Shown here piece by piece: positions 25,902 to 34,760 of a DNA stretch of 64,000 bases. Source of the DNA: Candidatus Woesearchaeota archaeon (lineage in GTDB: Archaea > Nanobdellota > Nanobdellia > Pacearchaeales > GW2011-AR1); NCBI GenBank assembly GCA_964608765.1, contig CAZSPD010000001.1, positions 147,223 through 211,222 of the forward strand, written 5' to 3'. The first letter of the stretch is position 1. Each line of letters opens with the position of its first letter. The translations under genes and the position numbers were made by a program. The notes beneath the pieces are model-generated. The model was given only the letters and a program-made list of their open reading frames with translations, was not told the origin of the DNA and made no database searches.

Positions 25902-27371
25902 TTATTTTTTAAGTGAACTTTTTTTCACTTCTTTTTTTGGTTCTTGAGAGCCTATATTCATAGGGCTTCCAACAATTCCTTTTATTTTCTTATTTTCATA
26001 CTTCCTCATAGCATAATTTATTTGTTCCCTAGTCCATCCTGCCTTTTTAAGATTCTTTTCAACAGTTTCCCTAGGAATATTTTTTATTTTTGAATCGTGT
26101 ATATAAACCATTATATTATACATATTATTTTTTGTTTTAAACAAATATGTTTCATATTTTCTAATATACCATCTCTGGACTAAAATATAAGTTATGGCAA
26201 ATATTAAGAGCAGTAAAAAGATAACTAAAATAAACCACAACCATCTATTTTGAGCTTTCCATCTTTCATATTGTCCACTATCAACAGGAGTTAATTTATC
26301 AATATCTGGAGAAATAAACACAGGGACACTAAAGAAATCAATATTTGATTTAGTTGCAAATACAAATTTATTAGAAATTTCATTTAAGACTAAATAAAAG
26401 TAACCTTCTCCTGAATAAACTCTAGAAATATTATCAAATACATTGTCTCCAAGGTCTTTAATTATTGCATAAGGAGCAGAATTATAATTCTCTGTTTTTC
26501 TAGATGAAAAATCAAATATGTTGAGGATTTCTATTGTTTTATTTTCATAAGTTATCTCTATTTTTTTAGATTCTATAGTTGTTACAATATTTTGATTATT
26601 CCATAAAAAAATAGCATCTAAATAGTTTTCTCTATTTCCTCTAAAATCAATTCTACTTAAATCTGCAAGAACTGAAAGATCTATTGACTCTCTTTCAGGA
26701 TAATATCTCATAGGCTGAGAGTAGGACATTAAGTAGAAGTTTGTAGGAAGATTTATTCTATTTATACTTTCTAAAATTTCTTCTTGTGATTCAAGTTGCT
26801 GCTCTAAATATTTATTTTCAATAGATTTTAATTCCAATTCAATTGATTCTATATTTAGGTATTTATTTAAAATACTTTGAGTGTAGATATCATATGTCTC
26901 TATTTTTGATTTAGAGGCATTTAGAAGAGCTTTTTTCTTTTCTAATGCATAATCTATTTCCCCCTTAATTAAAGCCACTTTAAACTCTTTTTCAAATATT
27001 TTTTTACCATCTAATTCAATGTAATAATCAAACACTTTTTCTGATGAAGACATAATAATTCCTGTTTCATTAAAACTAAGAATTTGAGGTGCAGAATCTA
27101 TAGAAGTATTTGTGATATCTGAAAACTTCCCCTCATATTCTATATTTCTCCCTAAAAGTTCATTTAATGAAACCTCATTTCCAAGAGAATCTATAAACAC
27201 TGATTCTAAACTTTGATTTAAGAAACTTATATTTAAATCTAATTTAAGTGTTTCAGAGGGAGAATAGTTACTAACTATTAAACTTCCTTCTTTATAGTAT
27301 TCAAATGAAGCAGAGGCAATTCCTATAAATACTATGCTAAATAATAAGATAAATACACTTTTACACCTCAT
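25902..27371 (-). CDS. Type I membrane glycoprotein-like surface protein with a small cytosolic tail domain
   Basis: 489 aa. Signal peptide (VFILLFSIVFIGIASA), many NxS/T sequons, TM (WLWFILVIFLLLLIFAITYILV). Tail carries KKAGWTREQINYAMRKY. Confidence 0.6.
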   Translation of the reverse strand: MRCKSVFILLFSIVFIGIASASFEYYKEGSLIVSNYSPSETLKLDLNISFLNQSLESVFIDSLGNEVSLNELLGRNIEYEGKFSDITNTSIDSAPQILSFNETGIIMSSSEKVFDYYIELDGKKIFEKEFKVALIKGEIDYALEKKKALLNASKSKIETYDIYTQSILNKYLNIESIELELKSIENKYLEQQLESQEEILESINRINLPTNFYLMSYSQPMRYYPERESIDLSVLADLSRIDFRGNRENYLDAIFLWNNQNIVTTIESKKIEITYENKTIEILNIFDFSSRKTENYNSAPYAIIKDLGDNVFDNISRVYSGEGYFYLVLNEISNKFVFATKSNIDFFSVPVFISPDIDKLTPVDSGQYERWKAQNRWLWFILVIFLLLLIFAITYILVQRWYIRKYETYLFKTKNNMYNIMVYIHDSKIKNIPRETVEKNLKKAGWTREQINYAMRKYENKKIKGIVGSPMNIGSQEPKKEVKKSSLKK

Positions 27372-27427
27372 TATTATAATAATAAATTCTTTTTTATAAA
27401 TCTTTTTAATTTAAATAATTCTATTCT

Positions 27428-30400
27428 TTATTTTCTTTTTTTAACTTTTTTAGAAACCACTACTTTTTTATCTTTTCTACTTAAAGTATAAGCAATGTAT
27501 ATTAACCCAATTAATGCAACAGCAAATGCAACGTGATTTACACTAAAGAATGGAAGTTCTACTGTAGCAGGACAGTAAATTAAATTAGAGCGCTCAGTAA
27601 TGCATTCATTGTATTTATCAATAGAACCGAGTCTCCAAACACCAGTATTATCTAAGAAAAATGCTGTATCAGGTAACCCTAGTGAAGAACGTGTATCTTC
27701 AGTGAATTGATTTAAAGGATCCCACCCCATTACACCTCTAATTCCAACTGTTATTTGAGAAACACCTTCTGAACAACTATCATCTGTTGTAGGTTCATAA
27801 ACACACCATCCTGGATTAGGATAATTAATTGTTCCTCCACCATTATCATCTCCTCTACAATTTTCTAAATTATAAGTACACTGATATTGATGCCCTTGAG
27901 GATAACAACTTACTGTTCCTGATGTGAATTCATCAAAGTGACTACATTCACTATCACTTAATTGTAATTCATTACTATCACATGTTTCTCCAAGTTCAAC
28001 TATTCCATTCCCACACACTGAACCAGGAGATATAAAATGGCAGTTAGTATCGCAATTTCCTTCTCCAGGAGGTTCACACTCTTCGTTTGATTCATATTCA
28101 ACTACTCCATTCCCACAGTGATCTAATGGACCTTGACAATTACTAAAATTATAAGTACATTCAAGAAGATGTCCTTGAGGATAACAATTTACTGTTCCTG
28201 ATGTGAAATCATCAAAGTGACTACATTCACTATCACTTAATTGTAATTCATTACCATCACAAACTTCTCCACGTTCAAGTATTCCATTTCCACATACAGG
28301 TGTTAAACTAGGAGGAACAATATAATTACAATCATCACCACAATTTCCTTCTCCAGGAGGTTCACACTCTTCCCCAGCATCTACAACACCATTTCCACAG
28401 TTAGATACTGGAGGATTTCCATCACAATAATCTATCTTAGGTATTGTGGTAGCCCTACATATATTACTAGCACTATTCCAAGTACATCCACACTCTGGAG
28501 CAATCATACATTTCATATTTGAGTCATAATAAGGTTCTTTTTCACAAGTAGGTTCATTTTCAGCTACTCTGTAGTATAAATCTCCATCATGATTACATTG
28601 ATATTCATCTGTGTAATCTGCACAACGTACTATACCTGGCCATTTTTTTTCAACTTCAATTGAGTCTGATTTTTCAGATATATCTAATCCTACAACATTT
28701 GCAATAAAGTAGTATTTAGCAGGTTCTCCATTACCTTCATATTCTGCTCTCCAAATTCCCATATTATTTGAACTACTGTAGGAGTTTATATTTTCTAGAT
28801 ATCCAGGGTTTTCTATTCTACTATCTCTTCCTCCCCCATTGTCTTTCCAGATTTCAAAGTTTATTCTTCTTCCATTACAATGTGGAGTAGCCTCTACAAA
28901 CATATTTGCATTATTTCCTTCTAATATTCTCAAAGTACTCCAATAAACATCAAGGATTTCACAAGTAACAGGACAAGGACCACAATCGCTTTCACAATTA
29001 TTACAATTTTCAGGACCATTACAAACACCATCCCCACACCATCCTCCTTGAACAGTAACTGAAGTACAAGATGCTGAACAATAATTACAAGTATCTCCAT
29101 ATAGAGCAGTACATGGAACACCATTTAAGGCAGCTCCATTATCACACTGTTCTCCAGGTTCTAAAATCCCATTTCCACAACTTGCTAATCTTGATACTCT
29201 TAATAATTGAGGGTCATTTACACCTGAATTTGAACTTGAATTTGTAACACCTGAAACAGTTGATCTAAAATAATATTCTGGAGGGTCAGTTTCAGGAACC
29301 CCTTCACTTTGCCACTCAGCATCCCACATTCCAGCAGCAGAGTTTCCACTTAGCGGGAATATTATTGGAACAGGATTTATTATCACATCATCATCTGCTC
29401 CAATTGTGTCTTTTTCTTTTATTTCAAAACTAATAGTTTTTCCTCCGCAATTTGTTCCAGCAATATTTAATAGTACTGGTGTTCCCTCAACTATTGGGCT
29501 TCCAACAGGAGTTGAATAATTCCAAGATAAAGAAGTTAAAACACAAGGAGGAATACATCCAGAAGTATTATAAGTACATCCACTAGTACATGTTACAGCA
29601 CCCAAAGTATATCCAGCACCCATTAAACTTGCACATGTTGCACCTCCTAAAGCAGTTCCATCACACTGCTCACCACTTTCTCTTACTCCATTTCCACATG
29701 TAGCTGTACAATCATTATCATTAACAGCATTACATCCTTGAGGACAACACCCATCATTGTTGATTCCACAACTTAAAGCAGGATAAGTACATGAGCCACT
29801 TACACACCTCCCAGGATTACATTGTCCAGGACTATTAGTGCAATGACTATCTCTAGTACATATTGTACAATCATTATCATCCCCTATATCACACCCTAAA
29901 GGACAACATCCATCATTGTTGATTCCACAACTTAAAGCAGGATTTGAACAAGTATTAGTTGCTAAATTACAAGTATCTGGACCAGTACAAACCTTATTAT
30001 CATTACATTGGGAATTAGAGGTACAGCAATTATTTATAAGAATATTGGCACATGTACCACTATTACAAATATCAGTTGTACACGGATTACCATCATCACA
30101 TGTTCCGCAATTTAAAGTACCTCCACATCCATCTGAAACTGTTCCACAATTTCTACCTAATGCTGAACATGTTGTTGGAACACAAACACAAGCTCCACCC
30201 GAGCAAGTTTGTCCTGACAAACAAGCTGTTGGAGTTCCCCAATTATAACATCCATTACTTCCTGAAACACATGTTTGAACATTATTTCCTGAACATCGTG
30301 TTGCACCTGGAGTACACTGATTATTACAACACTGACTAGTATCATATCCACACCCACTTACTCCAGGAGGATTACATCTTAAATTACCTCCATTAAAACC

Positions 30401-31012
30401 TAAACCAACACAAGTCTGCCCTCTTAATTGAGTACTTGTACAAGGAGACCCTGATGCTCCACAGTCACAATTCTCTCCATCTTCTACTATACTATTCCCA
30501 CAAACAGCAACAGAACTATCATTACAACATATTTTTGTTCCATAAGTACTACTAAATTGAGCTAAATGTGCATTTGTATTTGCACTTAAAGAAAGAACCT
30601 GAATAGGATAATTAGAAGGACAAGAAGTAGTTGTTACAGAAGTACACATAAATTTTCCAAAACACACATTTGTGGAGTAACCTGGTTCATTTTGGGTTTG
30701 AGCATGAGCATTTGTTGTTGCAGATAATTTTAAAATCTTATTAGTTGGATTAGAGGCAGGAGAACAAGTATGCATAGAAGCATTATCAGCAGCAGAGTAA
30801 TAAGTCATACCCACACAACATAAATAATAAGTGTATGTTCCTTGATTCCATAATGCTCCGTGAGCATTTGTTGAAGAAGATAATCTCATAACTCTATTAG
30901 CTTCAGGACAAGAAGTTGTAATTGAACAAGTTGTTGCTGAAATAAAACTTGATAATAATATTGTAAATGTAATTACTACAACAAAAAATATTAAACCTCT
31001 TTTGCTACTCAT
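27428..31012 (-). CDS. Giant Cys-rich repeat surface protein (1194 aa), C-terminally membrane anchored
   Basis: Signal peptide. Three LSxxTNAH repeats. Seven CGNGxxExGExC(D/E) repeats (Myxococcus cysteine-rich-repeat-like). Duplicated ALSCGINNDGCCP modules. C-terminal TM plus a Lys-rich tail. Confidence 0.8.
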   Translation of the reverse strand: MSSKRGLIFFVVVITFTILLSSFISATTCSITTSCPEANRVMRLSSSTNAHGALWNQGTYTYYLCCVGMTYYSAADNASMHTCSPASNPTNKILKLSATTNAHAQTQNEPGYSTNVCFGKFMCTSVTTTSCPSNYPIQVLSLSANTNAHLAQFSSTYGTKICCNDSSVAVCGNSIVEDGENCDCGASGSPCTSTQLRGQTCVGLGFNGGNLRCNPPGVSGCGYDTSQCCNNQCTPGATRCSGNNVQTCVSGSNGCYNWGTPTACLSGQTCSGGACVCVPTTCSALGRNCGTVSDGCGGTLNCGTCDDGNPCTTDICNSGTCANILINNCCTSNSQCNDNKVCTGPDTCNLATNTCSNPALSCGINNDGCCPLGCDIGDDNDCTICTRDSHCTNSPGQCNPGRCVSGSCTYPALSCGINNDGCCPQGCNAVNDNDCTATCGNGVRESGEQCDGTALGGATCASLMGAGYTLGAVTCTSGCTYNTSGCIPPCVLTSLSWNYSTPVGSPIVEGTPVLLNIAGTNCGGKTISFEIKEKDTIGADDDVIINPVPIIFPLSGNSAAGMWDAEWQSEGVPETDPPEYYFRSTVSGVTNSSSNSGVNDPQLLRVSRLASCGNGILEPGEQCDNGAALNGVPCTALYGDTCNYCSASCTSVTVQGGWCGDGVCNGPENCNNCESDCGPCPVTCEILDVYWSTLRILEGNNANMFVEATPHCNGRRINFEIWKDNGGGRDSRIENPGYLENINSYSSSNNMGIWRAEYEGNGEPAKYYFIANVVGLDISEKSDSIEVEKKWPGIVRCADYTDEYQCNHDGDLYYRVAENEPTCEKEPYYDSNMKCMIAPECGCTWNSASNICRATTIPKIDYCDGNPPVSNCGNGVVDAGEECEPPGEGNCGDDCNYIVPPSLTPVCGNGILERGEVCDGNELQLSDSECSHFDDFTSGTVNCYPQGHLLECTYNFSNCQGPLDHCGNGVVEYESNEECEPPGEGNCDTNCHFISPGSVCGNGIVELGETCDSNELQLSDSECSHFDEFTSGTVSCYPQGHQYQCTYNLENCRGDDNGGGTINYPNPGWCVYEPTTDDSCSEGVSQITVGIRGVMGWDPLNQFTEDTRSSLGLPDTAFFLDNTGVWRLGSIDKYNECITERSNLIYCPATVELPFFSVNHVAFAVALIGLIYIAYTLSRKDKKVVVSKKVKKRK

Positions 31013-31080
31013 TATAGTATATTATAGTAAATTCGCTTTTATAAATCTTTTTCTAATTAAGTAAATACTTTTTATTTTAA

Positions 31081-32616
31081 TTATTCTTCTTTTCTTTTTG
31101 TAATCACCTTTACTAAATCACTAACATAAGGTTGTTCAAATTCAGCAACTCCATTTACAACATTAAAATTTACTATATGTACCATACCATCCCATTCACC
31201 TTCTCTATTTCTCGGAGGAGCTCTTATCCAAATTTGGCAGTTTGATTGCATATATAAATGTCCAGGTTTGACATTTATAGAATCATATTGAGGTTCAATA
31301 AAACACCAATCTTCAAATTTAGTTAAATCATCTCCAGTTAAAATAGCATTCATAGAATGGGCAAATGTACCAAAATAATCTACAAAATAAACTGGTAACC
31401 CATATTTACCATTATCTTTTAATGTTCCTTTATGCCAGTAAATTGAATCTAAGTCAAATCCAGAATATCCAACTGCATCAGGATTCCCATGAAAATTTGT
31501 CATAAGTTGTCCAGCATATTCTGTACATACCCAAGTTGGATTTGGAGGAAAACTTGGAAGAATGTGAAAAATATCAGCCCAGTCTTCACGCAATTTTTCC
31601 CTAACATATGCATCTCTTTGTGCTTTTGTTTTAAGTAAATCATATGCTGCACCATTCTCATTAGTTGAAACAAATGGATTTATTGCATATTTATACTGAC
31701 TTTCAACAACTTTACCATTAAACATTACTTTCTCTAATTCACTTTTTGCATTCTTTAATTCAATTTCAATTTGATAATCTCCAAGTTTTTCCCAAAAAGT
31801 ATTTACATTTAAATTACTACCCTCTAATCTTGCTTTAGTTTTATCATCTAGTGATTTTACATAATTTACTACAACAGGATTATCTTCAGGATTTACATCA
31901 CTAGCTCTTCCACTTAAATCAAATACAAATTCAGATTCATCTTCTAAATTCTTATCAACACCACTTAAATCTAAAACAGGTTTATAATTAGGAATATTCA
32001 CACTTGTTCTTTTTTCTAAATCACCTGCTTTAAGCACAAATTCATAATTACCTTTAGTTATTCCATCAGGATTATATTTGAAAGTTTTACTATAATCAAA
32101 ACCTGTAAGTGAATTATCAATTATATCTTCCTTTAAGAACACCTCACCATCTTTATTTATTGTGAGTTCTGCTTTTGGAACTTTCTTGATTTTAGCAGAA
32201 TACTCTATCTCAACTGTATTAATTAAACTTGCATTTTGTTCAATACCCTCACTTAAAGTTAATTCAAGTTTACTCACTCCAGTTTTATCACTTTGATTTT
32301 TAGAATCAATAACTTCACCATAAACATCAAACTTACCCTCTTCCTTAAATTCTCTTAAAACATCAATAGGTTTGTCACTCTTAATACTCTCATTTCCTAT
32401 ATATAATGCATATTGCTTAATGTCTCCTACTCCATCTGGGTCTGTTCCCCTAACCTTCATTCTAATTTCAGAAGGAACTTCAACACTTAATGGGTTTACT
32501 TCAAGTATTGCTGTTGGAGGTTCATTTTCTGGCTCACATCCGTGCAAAGTACTCATTAGTGCTATTGGCACAGAATAGAGTATATTTTTCAATGTTTTAC
32601 TTAGTTTCCTAACCAT
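31081..32616 (-). CDS. Secreted (lipobox-like) PKD-domain protein with a C-terminal transglutaminase-like Cys-protease fold
   Basis: 511 aa. Signal ending LHGC. PKD-like AILEVNPLSVEVPSEIRMKVRGTDPDG. C-terminal Cys/His/Asp candidates WVCTEYAG, GLPVYFVDY, FAHSMNAIL and WCFIEPQYD. Confidence 0.55.
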   Translation of the reverse strand: MVRKLSKTLKNILYSVPIALMSTLHGCEPENEPPTAILEVNPLSVEVPSEIRMKVRGTDPDGVGDIKQYALYIGNESIKSDKPIDVLREFKEEGKFDVYGEVIDSKNQSDKTGVSKLELTLSEGIEQNASLINTVEIEYSAKIKKVPKAELTINKDGEVFLKEDIIDNSLTGFDYSKTFKYNPDGITKGNYEFVLKAGDLEKRTSVNIPNYKPVLDLSGVDKNLEDESEFVFDLSGRASDVNPEDNPVVVNYVKSLDDKTKARLEGSNLNVNTFWEKLGDYQIEIELKNAKSELEKVMFNGKVVESQYKYAINPFVSTNENGAAYDLLKTKAQRDAYVREKLREDWADIFHILPSFPPNPTWVCTEYAGQLMTNFHGNPDAVGYSGFDLDSIYWHKGTLKDNGKYGLPVYFVDYFGTFAHSMNAILTGDDLTKFEDWCFIEPQYDSINVKPGHLYMQSNCQIWIRAPPRNREGEWDGMVHIVNFNVVNGVAEFEQPYVSDLVKVITKRKEE

Positions 32617-32703
32617 ATTGTAACTAAATAGTGATAGTTTTTAAAGATTATTATGCTTCTTTTTGATAGGTGTATTTTCCTGCTTTTTTCACCCTTTAAC
32701 TAC

Positions 32704-32738
32704 AAACAAAAAATAAAAATGGCTCCATAAGGAGCCAT
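32704..32738 (-). terminator. Hairpin plus oligo-T terminator after the 34619-32763 operon
   Basis: Perfect 8-bp stem ATGGCTCC-NNNN-GGAGCCAT at 32719-32738, followed on the minus strand by TTTTATTTTTTGTTT. Lies 25 nt after the stop at 32763. Confidence 0.6.
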
Positions 32739-32762
32739 ATTAAAAATATTTCTTAATTTAAT

Positions 32763-33044
32763 TTACCACGGTCCATTTAATCCTAATGGATGGTCTTCAC
32801 CACATGGAGGGAATCTTTTGTATTTCTTGAAATATTGAAAAGACTTGATTAAATCGTCTAATTCTTCTTCATTGTCAAATCTAAGTACAACTTCATATCC
32901 TTCATCGTCTTCAATCCTGAAAAAAAGCTGTTTTGTTGAAGGGACAATACCTGCATCCCAAGATTCTACCTTTTTTATTTCACCATCTTTCATTAAATCT
33001 TCTTTTGTAGCTCCCTTTGTAAAATCTCTTATTTCAAGTTCCAT
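32763..33044 (-). CDS. Hypothetical acidic protein (93 aa)
   Basis: Last gene of a three-gene overlapping/abutting string. No recognisable motif. Confidence 0.5.
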   Translation of the reverse strand: MELEIRDFTKGATKEDLMKDGEIKKVESWDAGIVPSTKQLFFRIEDDEGYEVVLRFDNEEELDDLIKSFQYFKKYKRFPPCGEDHPLGLNGPW

Positions 33045-33045
33045 T

Positions 33046-33447
33046 TTATTTATCTTCGTCTAAATCAATCCCTAGTTTTTTTAAAATGGTAAAGTCCATT
33101 AGACTACGTGCTTCTTCACCTATTCTTTCGAAATTAAATTTATTCTTCCCAGATGTTCCATAATCTATATGGTCTTTATGGAAGTTGTCTGCAAAATCTA
33201 GTCTCATTATAGGAATGTTTGTTAGACTATCAGTTATTTTTATGCTCTTACCTGTTCTAATTAGATTAGTGCCGTCTCCAAATAAACCTAAATCCTCTCC
33301 TCTTACACATTTTCCATTTGGAAGCCAGATTTTTTCTCCGCTGTATAAAGCACTAGCACTTAAATATTCCAATCCCTCAATAGTGTAAACCTTTTCAAAC
33401 ACTTTTTGCCTTGATTGATACATGCCTAATGTTTGCTCAAGCTTCAT
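33046..33447 (-). CDS. Hypothetical protein (133 aa)
   Basis: Start overlaps the upstream gene by 4 nt (ATGA). No recognisable motif. Confidence 0.5.
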   Translation of the reverse strand: MKLEQTLGMYQSRQKVFEKVYTIEGLEYLSASALYSGEKIWLPNGKCVRGEDLGLFGDGTNLIRTGKSIKITDSLTNIPIMRLDFADNFHKDHIDYGTSGKNKFNFERIGEEARSLMDFTILKKLGIDLDEDK

Positions 33448-34619
33448 TTTTTAGAACCTCCTTTTAACTGCGGTGGTTTCTCGTCCTCCACTGACGCTTG
33501 CTTTAGTAAGTATAGCAATAAATCTTCTTTTGTAAAAATTCTTTTTCCTTCTGAGAGAGCTAATGCATTTGCTAGATAGGTTTGGTAATATGAAAAATAA
33601 AGATTTTTCAACCTCTCATCTTTTTCTTCTTCAGAGGCGAGCTTCTGCATAATAGACTTTTTGAAGTTATGCTTGATAGCTTTTTCTGTGATAGGCTGAT
33701 GTTTTAATTGTTCCTTTTTTTTAATTAGGTAATCTATATCTCCTAAAACAAGTTCTCCTTTCATAATGGAATGAGTAACCTGAACTTCAAATAATTCTAC
33801 TCTTTTTTCAAAATCTCTATCATCAAAGACTATCAAGTCTAATAAATCATTTTTTGCTGATTTTAAATAATAAGAAGATGCAAATAAATCAATATCTGAA
33901 AATGGTTTTTTACTGCCTGTCAATAAAATTAATTTTGAATTTTTAATAGAATCTTCTCCATATATGTCATATAATATTTTTTTAACTCTTTCAATACTGG
34001 TGTTTTTCGCCATTCCCTGAAAATACATTGTTGCCAAATTCCCATATTGATGTGAAAAATTAATAACAGTATCTATTGTTTCTTTATCTCTTCTTTCTAA
34101 AGAATCATATTTTTTTTCAAACTTATCCATTAATCCGTACTCTTTAGAAAGTAAATATTCTGTCCATATTGCAAACAATTCATATTTCCCTAAATTTTCT
34201 TTCTCAAATTCTTCAAGTTCCTTAAATGCCTTATTTTTTCTACGAAAATTTTGCAATTCTTTTAAATTAAATTTCTTTGAAGAAAACTCCTGTTTCTCTT
34301 CGTCTAATAGCTTTTTTTCTAAATCAACTAGCCTCATTCCAGATAAGGACTTTTCACAATATAACCCATGCCCAAAATATTCATGAAACAGGCTTAAAGG
34401 GCTTCCATCTTTTACTATTGCTGTTTGATTTCTTGGAAGATAAATTCCAGATGAATTAGGGTTTAACCCTATTTGAATTGTAAATCTATTCCACTCCTGG
34501 CTCGAAACTTGTTGCAAACTAGTTTGTTCTGGTTTATATCCTAACAAATTTTGATAATATTCATTAATTGAGGAACAGACTTGGGCTAAACCTAAAAAAG
34601 GATTGTCCATAATAAACAC
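33444..34619 (-). CDS. Fusion protein: HExxxH-motif N-domain plus minimal pol-beta nucleotidyltransferase plus helical C-domain
   Basis: 391 aa. LFHEYFGHGLY. NTase-like LLTGSKKPFSDIDLF...LDLIVFDD. Alpha-helical C-terminus. Confidence 0.55.
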   Translation of the reverse strand: MFIMDNPFLGLAQVCSSINEYYQNLLGYKPEQTSLQQVSSQEWNRFTIQIGLNPNSSGIYLPRNQTAIVKDGSPLSLFHEYFGHGLYCEKSLSGMRLVDLEKKLLDEEKQEFSSKKFNLKELQNFRRKNKAFKELEEFEKENLGKYELFAIWTEYLLSKEYGLMDKFEKKYDSLERRDKETIDTVINFSHQYGNLATMYFQGMAKNTSIERVKKILYDIYGEDSIKNSKLILLTGSKKPFSDIDLFASSYYLKSAKNDLLDLIVFDDRDFEKRVELFEVQVTHSIMKGELVLGDIDYLIKKKEQLKHQPITEKAIKHNFKKSIMQKLASEEEKDERLKNLYFSYYQTYLANALALSEGKRIFTKEDLLLYLLKQASVEDEKPPQLKGGSKK

Positions 34620-34760
34620 ACTTCTTTAAACTATTTAAATATTACTATTATATAGTTAATACACATTAATTACTGCATTATCTTTAGTTTAACACCCTCC
34701 AACTTCCTAAATTCATCTAATACTTCTCTATCCTTAAAACCCTTCGCCTTTTCTAAGAAT

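Noticed and set aside
27900-28300. Near-identical DNA blocks inside the giant Cys-rich gene, considered as a DGR template/variable repeat pair
   Set aside because: No reverse transcriptase is present in the window. The mismatches between the copies are not adenine-specific (t/a, t/c, c/t and multi-base changes). An ordinary internal duplication is more likely.
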